Notes: generated by a model not told the origin, from the letters alone. A stretch of DNA of 64,000 nt from Bdellovibrio sp. (GCA_036676395.1 JAKFCY010000002.1:1024001-1088000); one strand, 5' to 3'; shown: positions 29,501 to 39,453, counted from the first letter of the stretch. A program made the numbers and translations.

Positions 29501-30569
29501 TAAATTGCACATCAGTTAAGTGCGCCTGGCCCGCTGGGTGATCAAGGTTGATTTCGTCAAAGGCCACGTTATTGTCTTTAAAATTCATTTTAATTTCGGC
29601 ATTGCCGAACTTGATAAAATTGAATTTCAGGTTTTCGGTTTGTAATAAGAAGTGTCCAGAATTTTTTGTAAAGCCTGCACCTTGCAATTGGCCAGAAAAT
29701 TTTAATTGGCCTAAGATCTGTGGCAGGCGCCGATTTGTCGTATCGAAAAAGTAATAAAATGGTTTTAAGTTTTCAAAGATAAGGGTGCCATTCGTTTTAA
29801 CAGCGAATTCAGGCTTAATCATCGCCATTCTAAAGTTATTTAAAGTGCCGCTGGCATTAATAAATGAGTTTTCAACTTTTGAAGTTAATTTATGTAATTC
29901 AAGTTTGTTTTCGCTTAATGACGCCTGCCCGGATAGACGTATTGTTGCCCCGGTGATTTTAGAAATATTTTTTGTAACCAGTTCATGTTCAGAATCAGAT
30001 AAGGCGATAACCAGGGTTTTCTGTTGATTAGCGACAGTGAGTAAATCGATATTTGATTTAAGCTGAGCCGCCTGGCTTTGAATTTCGAAAGTGAGCTGCG
30101 TGTCGTTGATCACGACTTTATCGACGGGAATTTTAGGTAATAATTTAAATAACGGCTTTAGATCAATTTCTTTGTTATCAGTTTTAGGTGTTAAGTTTAA
30201 AACCGTTTCATTTAAATTAATTTTAGCATCATCTAAACGTAAGTAAGATATATTAAGTTGCCCGATTAATAAATTAAACGGGTCAATTTGCAGGCGAACA
30301 CTTGGAACCGTTACTGTATTGCTGGCATCTTTATTTAAAGTAACACTAATATCGTTGGCATAGGCCTGAAGTTTAATTAAAGAAAAATCCAGAGTGCCAA
30401 CTTCTAGTTTAACCAGGTCTTGCATTTGATTAAGTTTAGGAACTTGGTCTTTTACGGTTTTTAAAACCCAGGGTTTGATCGTGGTTAACCACAATACACC
30501 CAAAAGCGCTAATGAAACAGCCGGCGTTAAAGCCAGACTAATCTTGGTGGAACTCTTCACGATTTCCAC
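26577..30569 (-). CDS. tamB: translocation/assembly module TamB (DUF490)
   Basis: N-terminal TM, long beta-rich body, SQPPLSENDIFSLL.LG, C-terminal DLEYKKEF. Confidence 0.8.
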   Translation of the reverse strand: MEIVKSSTKISLALTPAVSLALLGVLWLTTIKPWVLKTVKDQVPKLNQMQDLVKLEVGTLDFSLIKLQAYANDISVTLNKDASNTVTVPSVRLQIDPFNLLIGQLNISYLRLDDAKINLNETVLNLTPKTDNKEIDLKPLFKLLPKIPVDKVVINDTQLTFEIQSQAAQLKSNIDLLTVANQQKTLVIALSDSEHELVTKNISKITGATIRLSGQASLSENKLELHKLTSKVENSFINASGTLNNFRMAMIKPEFAVKTNGTLIFENLKPFYYFFDTTNRRLPQILGQLKFSGQLQGAGFTKNSGHFLLQTENLKFNFIKFGNAEIKMNFKDNNVAFDEINLDHPAGQAHLTDVQFSQEKPFKFKSKVQVSQFNLQKLFNSLELKNIPADLNASVLANCTGQLLPFDSNCDTKIIAENIWVKSSLKNDKYIVQVKKALVGGKVNLNLQGVAYEAQAKLATSEFIATGKVGFDEGFDMKFKATNFELAHIDNLAHLNLKGLISGELNTNGTTDWGVINAKLNAKNFDIDKFHLGNISGDLGYKASALTLHNISGEIEKSLYNGGLEINFQDSSINGDVKLPKLYGKSVISILKDRFYLPFTLTGQGQGAMAFSGPLDFWKMKYSLQAELNRGAVAEESFNQLIANLNATGEKVNFDRVLLTKPSGQIIVGGHIDTQQNDPRFNLDITSQNLRAEEVDHFVKLLPKSTGLISLNGKVTETIDRIQISGQTSLRDFTIEGQSLLSSQGDVIINRNFLSFNGQVFGRQAQTALQLPFNDSHDFIIKAQLRDLNPLTFLPLIKIPPPSVDTTALVTAEVDLRSRKIDLTTLKGFIKLNNFLLQRSNQTLKLQRPSEIIFASGLKTLTPISLRGADQNLDISQQNSVIHFNGKILLRPLQFLVPFLENLNGQLEFDFGLNLNSHKLSLAGDGALKNGVVQFKGFPYPIKEINAALDFSQSKLIISNVQAQLNQSPITGFGFINFLGTQNIDINIQAESSRVDLEFPPQMQTSGLVKVKILGSWIPYTLKIDYNIDQGLVTKEFSGGDEDMKLTLAPSRYLPPQQLNQQSPTLLLDVNPKFSKGIIIKNSILEGTATGELRITGSPEIPIITGRVDIAQGSKLIFKDKPFDILTGFVIFNPGDQKTADINPEIFLNASSRVSDYDITLLISGQAKTLSIKPTSQPPLSENDIFSLLALGFTSAKQDQNLTSDTQQKQTGLEVIAAISNQSKFNKQIQEKLGLNVQIAPSVDSTKNIAVPKVVVSRKITKKINASYSRPLTGSQQSNEVKLQWLFHPDYSLNLNYQNQTDTNETSIIQNNENDKGNYGVDLEYKKEFK

Positions 30570-31621
30570 TCCACTAACAGGGCTTCAGCAGAGCGGTAAA
30601 AAGGAACAACTTGTAAAATGCTTTCCATTAAGCGGATCGCGAGGTCTTTTTTGCCTAAACCGTGGTAAGCAATCGCTTTTAAATAAGTAGCGCCAAAAGC
30701 GGTGTCGGTCGACTGGCTTTCTTGATTTTCAAGATATTCTAAAATATGCAGCAGCTCTAAGTATTTTCCGGCCTCTAAGAGCGCTTCAGCGCGCAGCCAG
30801 TTTCTGGCAGATGTTTCTGGAGCTTTTTCTAAAACGTTTAAACAGGCTTCATATAATTCAAACTGAAAAGCCAAGATAGCTAAATTGTATAATTGATCAG
30901 GCTGATTTTGTTTTAAATCGTCAGCGATTTTCATGATGTTAGCGTGCATTTCAGTTAAAAACTGTTCGTTGTTCGCACTTTTATCAAGGCTGGTTTTTGG
31001 TTTAACGAGCACACGTTTTGAAATGACCCGCTCTAAGATTTCGTCGGCTTTTTTTTCTAAGTGGGCTTGTTTTAATAAACCGATCTCTAAATCTTGTGGG
31101 TACAGTTTAGTTAACTGCTGGATGACGGCTTCTTCTTGGTCTTGCAATTGCGCCGTACGATAGTGATTGAGTTGTTCGATCAATCTGGTTTTCTGGCGCA
31201 GACGATCTTCGGTGTAATTTTTTTGAATCTCTTTTAATTCTTTCGCGACACTGACTGAAAAAGTTTTTACGAAAGGTTGCTGTAGGGCAGTGGCTTCGAA
31301 AGGTTGTTTTTCGATGATCTCTTCGCAAACATTAAAGGCCTGGTCAGTGATCGGTTTATTTTGCTTTGATAAAGCTTCAATCAAAAAGCCTGTCGGAAAT
31401 AATCCGATTTTTCCGCGTTCGACACATTTTACATAAAGTTTTTTTAATAAATCAAACCGACCGCAGGTGATTAAAAAATGCGAAAGCCCTTCAATCTCTG
31501 AAGGGCTTAGAACTTCCATTTTTTCGTATTTAGCGACTAGCTCGCGGCTGACAAACTCGGTCGAGGTGCCCTCTTGAAAGTAATTATGAATTTCAATTTC
31601 GAGGCTGTTTGTTCCGGCCAA
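30557..31621 (-). CDS. TPR-containing hypothetical protein
   Basis: C-terminal TPR-like helices (YLKAIAYHGLGKKDLAI). Confidence 0.7.
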   Translation of the reverse strand: MAGTNSLEIEIHNYFQEGTSTEFVSRELVAKYEKMEVLSPSEIEGLSHFLITCGRFDLLKKLYVKCVERGKIGLFPTGFLIEALSKQNKPITDQAFNVCEEIIEKQPFEATALQQPFVKTFSVSVAKELKEIQKNYTEDRLRQKTRLIEQLNHYRTAQLQDQEEAVIQQLTKLYPQDLEIGLLKQAHLEKKADEILERVISKRVLVKPKTSLDKSANNEQFLTEMHANIMKIADDLKQNQPDQLYNLAILAFQFELYEACLNVLEKAPETSARNWLRAEALLEAGKYLELLHILEYLENQESQSTDTAFGATYLKAIAYHGLGKKDLAIRLMESILQVVPFYRSAEALLVEWKS

Positions 31622-31642
31622 AACCGATCCTTGGTTTTAAAT

Positions 31643-32209
31643 TTATTTTTGACTTACGCGCTCTACGTAAGCGTCTTCTGTAGTATCAATTCTTAAAATA
31701 TCGCCTTCGTTGATATGAAGAGGAACGTTAACTACTAATCCGGTTTCCATAGTTGCATGTTTTGTCGCGCCAGTTACACGGTCACCTTTGATGCCGGGCT
31801 CTGTTTGAGCTACTTTCATGTTAATAGCTTTTGGAAACTCTACGTTCACTGGTTTATCGTTATAGATTGTGATAAATACCGCTAAATTTTCGATTAGATA
31901 ATTTTTAGCATCGCCGACTTCGTGATCCATCATGCAAATTTGTTCGTAGTTGGCTTGATTCATAAAATTATAACCGTTGTCGTCTTTGTATAAATAAGTC
32001 ATCTCAACGTTTTCAACATTTGGAACTTCAAATTTTTCGCCAGACTTGAAAGTGCGCTCTAAGTTTTGTCCAGTTAATAAATTTCTTAATTTTGTGCGTG
32101 AGAACTGATTTCCTTTTCCCGGTTTAACGTGTTGGAAATCAACGATCACATAAGGATTACCTTCAACCATGATTTTTAAATTTTTTCTAAAATCTGCCGT
32201 TTCGTACAT
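31643..32209 (-). CDS. efp: elongation factor P
   Basis: HVKPGKG, PGIKGD, METG..VNVP. Confidence 0.97.
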   Translation of the reverse strand: MYETADFRKNLKIMVEGNPYVIVDFQHVKPGKGNQFSRTKLRNLLTGQNLERTFKSGEKFEVPNVENVEMTYLYKDDNGYNFMNQANYEQICMMDHEVGDAKNYLIENLAVFITIYNDKPVNVEFPKAINMKVAQTEPGIKGDRVTGATKHATMETGLVVNVPLHINEGDILRIDTTEDAYVERVSQK

Positions 32210-32264
32210 ACATACTCCAAAGTATTATTTATTTAAATATCTCATGAGTTTAGCTGCTAACGAG

Positions 32265-33125
32265 CTAGTTGTGAACTAATCGCTCGTTTTGCATGGCGAT
32301 TATTCTGCGCAGCAGTAAATCGAGAGCTTTTTGTTTTTTCTCGATGATAAGTGCTTTTTTAGATTCAGAAATTTTTGATTCTGCTTTAGGGCGTATTTTT
32401 TCAGCAGTTTCGTATTGCGAAAGCTTGAGTAAACGCGACTCGATTTCAGAATGAGCTCCGAATTCAGATTTGCATTCATAAAGCAATTTAAGCGCTTTAG
32501 CGTAATCTTGGCGCATAGAAAAGGCATCTATCAAAGATAAAATACGCTCTAGTTTTGGCGATATTTGCCCAAACGGAGCCGTGCTTGGCTCTGGCGCAGA
32601 TGGTTCTGGAACTTCAGCCATTTTATTTAACGATTGGGCTGAGAAATCCTTATCTGCATCGATGTCATCATCAGCAGTCAGCATTTCTAATTTTGCCACT
32701 GCTTTGCGCGCCACTGGGTGCGTTTGATTAAACATTAATACTTTTTTAAAATCAGCTAACGCTTGTTTGTGGCGGCCCATGCGCACATAAAGATCAGCAC
32801 GCATAAGGTAAGCTTGCCAGTTTTGCGGGGCTAGGCGAATCGATTTTCCGAGCAAGGCTTCAGCTTCGGGAAAATGATTTCTTGTTTTTAAAATGCGAGT
32901 TAAAATTAACATTCCGCTGACAGAGTTTGGATGAAAATGTAAGCCCTTTTGAAGAATGTCATAGGCTTCATCAGTCATGTCTTTTTCTAAGTAAAGATCA
33001 GCTAATTGGGGAAAAGATAACGAACGTGGATTTTGCTCAAGCTCTGCTTGTAGGCTTTCGATTTTCTTCGTAGATAAATCTTTTTTAGGCATTCCATCTT
33101 GTGTCATCTGAATTAATTCTGGCAT
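32265..33125 (-). CDS. tetratricopeptide repeat protein
   Basis: several TPR motifs (LADLYLE..., AYLMRADLY.RMGRH.QA). Confidence 0.8.
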   Translation of the reverse strand: MPELIQMTQDGMPKKDLSTKKIESLQAELEQNPRSLSFPQLADLYLEKDMTDEAYDILQKGLHFHPNSVSGMLILTRILKTRNHFPEAEALLGKSIRLAPQNWQAYLMRADLYVRMGRHKQALADFKKVLMFNQTHPVARKAVAKLEMLTADDDIDADKDFSAQSLNKMAEVPEPSAPEPSTAPFGQISPKLERILSLIDAFSMRQDYAKALKLLYECKSEFGAHSEIESRLLKLSQYETAEKIRPKAESKISESKKALIIEKKQKALDLLLRRIIAMQNERLVHN

Positions 33126-33166
33126 TATATTGATTATGCTGCAAGCGTATATAGTAGGTGAAGATT

Positions 33167-33706
33167 ATGATTATTTTAGGAATTGACCCAGGGTCACGAT
33201 TTTTAGGTTTTGCAGCGCTTGAAGTAACGAGTGCACAGCCACTTATCATGAAACCCCTTGAATACGGCGTTCTTAAATTTAACGCCGATGAAAACCTAAG
33301 CCAAAGATTATTAGAAATTGGCGAAGGCATTGCTGATCTAATGAAGAGTTACAAACCAGATCAGATGAGCTTAGAAAAAATCTTTTTAGGAAAAAATGCG
33401 GATAGCGCTTTTAAATTAGGTCACGCTCGTGGTGTGGTGATTTACGAAGCCCTAAAGGCAGGTGTCGAAGTTCATGAATACGCAACGCGTGTTGTGAAAA
33501 AAGGCATTACTGGCAACGGGGGATCTGAAAAAGAGCATGTGCGCTTAGTTGTGCAGAATCTTTTAAAACTTCCGCCGGTTAAATCTTTAGATGCCTCTGA
33601 TGCCTTGGCGATGGCTTGTTATCATGCTACACAATTACGTTTTACAGCGCTTAAGAAAACTATCGCAAAAGCGACCGGTAAGTCTAAAGGAGAGATATCA
33701 GCATGA
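33167..33706 (+). CDS. ruvC: Holliday junction resolvase RuvC
   Basis: ILGIDPG, LGHARG, DASDALAMA. Confidence 0.96.
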   Translation: MIILGIDPGSRFLGFAALEVTSAQPLIMKPLEYGVLKFNADENLSQRLLEIGEGIADLMKSYKPDQMSLEKIFLGKNADSAFKLGHARGVVIYEALKAGVEVHEYATRVVKKGITGNGGSEKEHVRLVVQNLLKLPPVKSLDASDALAMACYHATQLRFTALKKTIAKATGKSKGEISA

Positions 33707-34296
33707 TCGGATTTTTAGAAGGTACAGTATTTGATGTAACCGCTGATAATTTTATTTTAAAAGTAAATGGCGTGGGTTACGAAATCATGGCCACGACGCA
33801 AACTTTATCTGATGCCCAGGTTTTGATGGGGCAAACTTTACCGTTATGGATTTATTCGCACGTGCGTGAAGATGCGTTTTCACTTTTTGGTTTTTTGACA
33901 AAACCAGAAAAAGAATTTTTCATGCAATTATTAAAAGTAAACGGCATAGGGCCGAAGATGGCTTTAACCGCAATGTCTGGCGCGCCAATGGCGCAAATCC
34001 AAACTTGGATTGAAGCCGGCGACGCCAAAGCTTTATCGGGTCTTCCTAAGATCGGTAAAAAAACGGCAGAACAAATCGTTTTAACTCTTCAAGGCAAACT
34101 TGTGATTATTGAAACTAAAGGTAAAGCCGGTGTTAAAGCCAGACCTGAAACTCACAGACAAATTGCTTCGGCTTTAGTGAATTTAGGTTTTAAGTCAAAT
34201 TTAGTAGAGCAATTTGTTGATTCAGTTCCTGTAAGCGCCACTTTAGAAGATGGCGTTCGCCAAGGATTACAAAAATTGACTGGCCAGACGTTATGA
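33703..34296 (+). CDS. ruvA: Holliday junction branch migration protein RuvA
   Basis: VNGVGYE, HVRED..LFGF, VNGIGPK, IGKKTAE. Confidence 0.96.
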   Translation: MIGFLEGTVFDVTADNFILKVNGVGYEIMATTQTLSDAQVLMGQTLPLWIYSHVREDAFSLFGFLTKPEKEFFMQLLKVNGIGPKMALTAMSGAPMAQIQTWIEAGDAKALSGLPKIGKKTAEQIVLTLQGKLVIIETKGKAGVKARPETHRQIASALVNLGFKSNLVEQFVDSVPVSATLEDGVRQGLQKLTGQTL

Positions 34297-35291
34297 CAAG
34301 AATTATTGAATCGGGTCAATTCGAGGCCGAAACAAAATGGGAAAACAAACTTCGTCCGCAAAAGTTCGAAGAGTTTCCTGGCCAAGATGAAGTTAAAGAA
34401 AAACTTAAAGTGTTTTTGCAGGCGGCAAAAAACCGTAAAGAGCCACTTGATCACACGCTGTTGTTTGGCCCACCAGGATTAGGTAAAACTACGCTTGCGC
34501 AAATTATCGCCCATGAATTAGATGTTGAAATTAAAATCACTTCAGCTCCGGCGATTGATAAAAAAGGTGATTTAGCAGCCATTTTAACAAGTTTAAAACC
34601 ATTTTCGATTTTATTTATTGATGAGATTCATAGATTGCACACTTCGATTGAAGAGTATTTGTATACAGCAATGGAAGACTATTACATTGATATCGTGACG
34701 GGCGAAGGTTTAGGGGCGATGTCGATGAAATTTCAATTAGCCCCGTTTACTTTGATCGGTGCTACGACACGTGCAGGGTTATTAGATAATCCATTTCGCG
34801 ATCGTTTCGGTATTCAAGAGCGTTTACAGTTTTATGATAAAAGCTCGTTACAGCAAATTTTAATTCGCTCAGCTAAATTACTAGAATTAGAAATGGAGCC
34901 CAACGGCGCTGAAGAAATCGCTCGCCGTGCGCGCGGAACTCCGCGTGTAGCCAATCGTTTGTTAAAACGTGTGCGTGATTATGCGCAAGTTAAAGGTAAC
35001 GGCGTGGTTACAGAAAAAATCGCTTTATATGCCCTTGATCAATTAGGGGTCGATAAACATGGCTTAGACGATATGGATCGTCGTATTTTAAAATTAATGG
35101 CAGAAAAATATGAAGGCGGCCCAGTGGGAATTGAAACCATGGCAGCAGCTTTGGGTGAAGACCGCGAAACGTTGGAAGAAGTTTACGAGCCTTTCTTAAT
35201 TCAAGAAGGCTTAATTCAAAAAACACCTCGCGGAAGAACATTGACCCAGTATGCAAAGGACTTAGATGTTTTTTCAAAAAACAATTCGTAA
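34293..35291 (+). CDS. ruvB: Holliday junction helicase RuvB
   Basis: GPPGLGKTT, FIDEIHR, GATTRAG, RGTPR. Confidence 0.98.
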   Translation: MTRIIESGQFEAETKWENKLRPQKFEEFPGQDEVKEKLKVFLQAAKNRKEPLDHTLLFGPPGLGKTTLAQIIAHELDVEIKITSAPAIDKKGDLAAILTSLKPFSILFIDEIHRLHTSIEEYLYTAMEDYYIDIVTGEGLGAMSMKFQLAPFTLIGATTRAGLLDNPFRDRFGIQERLQFYDKSSLQQILIRSAKLLELEMEPNGAEEIARRARGTPRVANRLLKRVRDYAQVKGNGVVTEKIALYALDQLGVDKHGLDDMDRRILKLMAEKYEGGPVGIETMAAALGEDRETLEEVYEPFLIQEGLIQKTPRGRTLTQYAKDLDVFSKNNS

Positions 35292-36171
35292 AACAGTAGA
35301 AGTAAAAGGTGTCGGCATTCACTCAGGCGAACCGTGCACATTACGTTTTAAACCAGCTCCGGCAAACACGGGTGTCTATTTTATTCGCGCCGATTTGCCA
35401 GGAAAACCATTTTTAAAAGTTTCAGCCACCAACGTGCAGGCTGTCAGTTACCAAACCGTTGTGGGTGGTGATATGTTTAAGGTGGCAACGATTGAACACT
35501 GTGTTTCATCGTTATCAGCCTTAAGAATTGATAATATATATATTGAATTAGACGGTCCAGAGATTCCGATCTGCGATGGCAGTTCAATTTATTTCACACA
35601 AGCTTTAATGAACGCAGAACTTATCGAATTAGATGAGCCCAGAAAATACTGTTATATCACTGAACCGATCAGTTATTCTGAAGGCGATAAACATGCCTAC
35701 GTGCTTCCATATTACGGGTTACGTATTGCTGTGACTATTGATTTTCCGCATCCTGTGATCGGTAAAGAAACTATTGATTTAGAAATTACCGAACAATCTT
35801 TTGCCCGTGAAATTGCACCAGCAAGAACTTTTGGATTTTTAAAAGACGTCGAACAATTAAAAGCCTCTGGTTTAGCTAAGGGTGGTTCATTAGATAATTG
35901 TATTGTGTTGGATGACACTAAAGTGATTAATCCAGATGGTTTACGTTACAAAGATGAATTTGTTCGCCATAAAGTATTAGATGCCTTAGGCGATTTAGTG
36001 ACTTTAGAAATGCCATTGATGGGTCATTTAATTTTACATAAAGCAGGTCATGATATTATGAACAAATTAGTTCGTAAAATCGTATCCCAACCGCAAAGCT
36101 ACCGTTTTGTTGAATTAGGCGCCGATGTGTCAAGCGAGATGAAAAAATTCTCTCAGTGGAGCGTAAGCTAA
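35266..36171 (+). CDS. lpxC: UDP-3-O-acyl-GlcNAc deacetylase
   Basis: GVGIHSG, TIEH, EIPICDGS, ARTFGF, HKVLDALGD. Confidence 0.96.
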   Translation: MFFQKTIRKTVEVKGVGIHSGEPCTLRFKPAPANTGVYFIRADLPGKPFLKVSATNVQAVSYQTVVGGDMFKVATIEHCVSSLSALRIDNIYIELDGPEIPICDGSSIYFTQALMNAELIELDEPRKYCYITEPISYSEGDKHAYVLPYYGLRIAVTIDFPHPVIGKETIDLEITEQSFAREIAPARTFGFLKDVEQLKASGLAKGGSLDNCIVLDDTKVINPDGLRYKDEFVRHKVLDALGDLVTLEMPLMGHLILHKAGHDIMNKLVRKIVSQPQSYRFVELGADVSSEMKKFSQWSVS

Positions 36172-36175
36172 AAAC

Positions 36176-36610
36176 ATGGGGATGAAGTTATCTCCTGCAG
36201 CTGATGTTTTTGTTTTAAATTCAGAAAATAAAGTTTTATTAGTCAAAAGAACCGACAACGGTTTTTGGTGTTTGCCTGGTGGCAAGCAAGACCTTGGCGA
36301 AACACCGGCAGAATGCGCCGTTCGTGAATGTTTCGAAGAGTCAGGTTATAAAGTTAAAATCACAGGTTTATTAGGCGTGTACAGCTCGCAATGTTACGAA
36401 TACAAAAATTACCCCTGGAAAGACAACGAGTTCTGCCATGTCTGTTATCGCGCCGAAGTGATTGGTGGCGAACCGACTTTATCGCATGAAACCAGCGAAA
36501 TCGGCTGGTTTGCAGAAAACGAAATTCCACCTTTGTCAGACGGGCATGATGTGCGCATAGCGTTTGGATTTAAAATGCGTAACGAAAAATTCAACGGCCA
36601 TTTCGAATAA
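36176..36610 (+). CDS. NUDIX hydrolase
   Basis: Nudix box GG...GET...AVRECFEESG. Confidence 0.9.
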   Translation: MGMKLSPAADVFVLNSENKVLLVKRTDNGFWCLPGGKQDLGETPAECAVRECFEESGYKVKITGLLGVYSSQCYEYKNYPWKDNEFCHVCYRAEVIGGEPTLSHETSEIGWFAENEIPPLSDGHDVRIAFGFKMRNEKFNGHFE

Positions 36611-36615
36611 ATAAA

Positions 36616-36672
36616 TGCTTATAAAACGACACTCGGGGTTTCAGTCAACATTGTTGACCTAAACCCCGAGCG
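36616..36672 (+). repeat. dispersed hairpin element, copy A
   Basis: 40/57 ungapped identity to 48709-48765 with covarying stem. Confidence 0.7.
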
Positions 36673-36733
36673 AAAAAAATGACACATTATTATTCACTTG
36701 TGGAAAGGTTTTAATTCTTTAAAACTGCTTGGC

Positions 36734-37144
36734 ATGGCTTTTAAAAAAGTGAATGAAAATACGCCGTTTACTAAAGCGGTGATTAAGATGGTTAAAAAGA
36801 TTCCTAAAGGAAAAGTGGCTAGCTACGGGCAAATCGCCAAGATTTCGGGGAACGCTGGTGGTTCGCGTGGGGTTGCGTGGATTTTACATGCGTGTTCGAA
36901 GAAGTATAGACTGCCCTGGCATAGGGTGGTTAATTCGCAAGGTAAGATCTCTTTTGATAAAACGACGAAAGAATTTAGAAACCAGAAAAATCTTTTGCAA
37001 AAAGAAGGCGTGGTTTTTTCTGACAGCAGCGTGGTTAATTTTAAAAAGTTTCGCTGGAGTAAAATGAAGGCTCCGAAAAGAAAAATTTCGGCGGCTATTT
37101 CTGGTGAAACACCGGCAAAAAAACAGCCTAAAATGTTTGGATAA
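36734..37144 (+). CDS. alkyltransferase-like protein (MGMT family, YbaZ/Atl)
   Basis: IPKGKVASYGQIA; PWHRVV (Trp in place of the catalytic Cys). Confidence 0.88.
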   Translation: MAFKKVNENTPFTKAVIKMVKKIPKGKVASYGQIAKISGNAGGSRGVAWILHACSKKYRLPWHRVVNSQGKISFDKTTKEFRNQKNLLQKEGVVFSDSSVVNFKKFRWSKMKAPKRKISAAISGETPAKKQPKMFG

Positions 37145-37147
37145 ATT

Positions 37148-37486
37148 ATGAAATATAAAATGTATGGAATTCCTAATTGTGACACGGTTAAAAAAGCGCG
37201 CGTGGCTTTAGAGAAAAAGAAAATTGATTATGACTTTGTTGATTTTAAAAAGACTCCACCAACTGCTGATGATTTAAAACGTTGGGAAAAAGCTTTTGGT
37301 GAATTGCCGGCGAATAAAAAAGGGCCTACTTTTCGTAAAATTAAAGAAGAATTTGAGTCGGCAAGTTATCATGAACAGGTTAATTTATTGTTAAAAAACA
37401 GTTCAGCAATCAAACGGCCAATACTTGAGTCAAATAGCAAAGTAGTGTGTTTTGGCTATGATGATGAGATTTATAAAAAAATTTAA
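37148..37486 (+). CDS. ArsC/Spx family protein (YffB-like)
   Basis: YGIPNCDTVKKAR, IKRPILE. Confidence 0.88.
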   Translation: MKYKMYGIPNCDTVKKARVALEKKKIDYDFVDFKKTPPTADDLKRWEKAFGELPANKKGPTFRKIKEEFESASYHEQVNLLLKNSSAIKRPILESNSKVVCFGYDDEIYKKI

Positions 37487-37575
37487 ACCCGTTGACCTTA
37501 GCGTCACGAATTAAGAAACGCATATACCTAGACACATTTCTCGATGGGCATACGATATGATTGGAGGACTTGTTT

Positions 37576-38874
37576 ATGGACGGCACCACAGTTAACGCCC
37601 TAGAGATTATCAGAGATATATATAATGTCGATCAGCTATTGTCCGGTAAAAAATATATTCGCGAGTTAGTAAAAAGATTAGCACAAACTTTGAAAGTAAA
37701 ATTTGTTATGGTTGGACATGCGATTGAACCATTCGCGAAAAGTGTTCAAACAGATTATCTATTTGCGAATGGAAAATTTGTCGACAATGTCATTTACGGA
37801 CTTGAAGGAACGCCGTGCACAGAAGTTTTATGTGGAACGCGCGTGAATTGTTACAGCGCGAATGTGCAAGCGCAATTTCCTCATGATCAGATGCTCAAGG
37901 ATATGAATGTTGAATGTTATATGGGAGCACCTTTTTTACATACGGATGGTGGTCTGATAGGGTTACTGGTCATTATGGATGACCGTCCTTTTCAGGATTT
38001 AGATTTGGCCACAGCTGTTGTTGAATTTTTTGCAGCTCGTATCGGAACTGAGTACCGCAGATTAGCCGCTGAAGAGTCGTTAAAGCGAAGCAATGTAGAT
38101 TTAGAAAAACTTGTCGAGACGCGCACTAAACAGCTTATCTCGCAAGAAAAATTGGCCACGATTGGACGTATAACTTTGGGAATTGCTCATGAGCTGAAAA
38201 ATCCGTTGAATATAATTATCAACGGTTCAGAACTTTTGCAGGAATCGGGTGTCGACGCTGCGGATCGCCGACGCACATTAGATATGATTCGCCAACACGG
38301 GCTTCGGGCAAATGATATTATCACTAGCATGCTTAAACAGGCTAGACAGGATGCGGACATGACGCCAGAGAGCGTGGATATGTCAAATTTACTTAGGCAC
38401 GCTTTGGATGTTTTCTTAAAATCGATGACTGATTTAGATCTCAAAGCAAAGCTCACTCAGAAAATTAATATCGCACCGCAAGTGCAGGCAAACCTGATTG
38501 ACGTGCCAGCGATCGAACGAGTTTTCATTAATATCATAGATAATGCAGCTTATGCTCTTGGCGAAAAATTACTTAAATCACCATCATCGTTTAAACCCGA
38601 ATTGCAGGTTGAACTGAGTTTTCAAAACTCACGCTGTCGAATTCGCGTCAGAGATAATGGCATTGGCATACCCACAAAACATCTGACACATGTTTGTGAT
38701 GAATTTTACACAACGAAGCCGCCTGGCGAGGGAACGGGCTTAGGTTTATGGGTTGTAAAACAGAATATAGAAAAAAACCGCGGATCTATTAAGATTGAAA
38801 GCCGTGAAAATGAATTTACTGAAGTTGTCATCGAGCTACCAGCACAGGGGCGTGTGGCCGAGGTTGGTTTATGA
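37576..38874 (+). CDS. GAF-domain sensor histidine kinase
   Basis: GAF (GTPC..V, YMGAP), H-box AHELKNPL, N/G boxes DNGIGI, FYTTK..GEGTGLGL. Confidence 0.92.
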   Translation: MDGTTVNALEIIRDIYNVDQLLSGKKYIRELVKRLAQTLKVKFVMVGHAIEPFAKSVQTDYLFANGKFVDNVIYGLEGTPCTEVLCGTRVNCYSANVQAQFPHDQMLKDMNVECYMGAPFLHTDGGLIGLLVIMDDRPFQDLDLATAVVEFFAARIGTEYRRLAAEESLKRSNVDLEKLVETRTKQLISQEKLATIGRITLGIAHELKNPLNIIINGSELLQESGVDAADRRRTLDMIRQHGLRANDIITSMLKQARQDADMTPESVDMSNLLRHALDVFLKSMTDLDLKAKLTQKINIAPQVQANLIDVPAIERVFINIIDNAAYALGEKLLKSPSSFKPELQVELSFQNSRCRIRVRDNGIGIPTKHLTHVCDEFYTTKPPGEGTGLGLWVVKQNIEKNRGSIKIESRENEFTEVVIELPAQGRVAEVGL

Positions 38875-39278
38875 CGGCAACCACTCCTTTAGATATTGTG
38901 ATGGTTGATGATGAATCTAGTGTGGGAACTTTATATGAAATGAAATTTCGTAAGCCGATTCAAAAAGGCCATATTCGCTTTCACTTTTTTGAAAATGCAA
39001 AAGACTGCTTAGATTACCTTAAACAATCACCGAGGCATCATGGGTCGGAAGTGCTGCTAACTGACATCAACATGCCTGAAGTCTCTGGGTTTGAATTGTT
39101 AACTAAAGTTAAACAAAATTTTCCAGACATTAATGTCTTTATGATGAGTGCTTATGACGATGAGTCGAGTATTCGAAAATCGATGCAGCTGGGGGCGAGT
39201 GGTTATTTCACTAAGCCTGTAAATTATAAAGAGCTGCAATCTCGGATAGAGGCTGATTATGGAGTCAGCCTCTCGTAA
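38871..39278 (+). CDS. single-domain response regulator
   Basis: VDDE, LTDINMP, MSA, FTKP. Confidence 0.93.
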   Translation: MTATTPLDIVMVDDESSVGTLYEMKFRKPIQKGHIRFHFFENAKDCLDYLKQSPRHHGSEVLLTDINMPEVSGFELLTKVKQNFPDINVFMMSAYDDESSIRKSMQLGASGYFTKPVNYKELQSRIEADYGVSLS

Positions 39279-39453
39279 TTTCACTTATGCCTAAAAGCTG
39301 TGCATAAATTCCATAGCTCAAGCCTTCAAAAAATTAGATTAATTGCCCTTTTTGAGAGGCGCTGGTAGCTTCGTGGTCTCTCAAAATTTAACCACGCGAG
39401 CGCCTTGGGTGTGAGCGGGAAAAAGTCGTGCTTAATGCACGCAGGAGTACAGT

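Noticed and set aside
27172..30027. Numerous short plus-strand ORFs within tamB (and similar antisense ORFs across the window)
   Set aside because: Antisense shadows of long genes, with no motifs
36734..37144. Inactivated methyltransferase pseudogene (no catalytic Cys)
   Set aside because: PWHRV is the normal signature of alkyltransferase-like proteins
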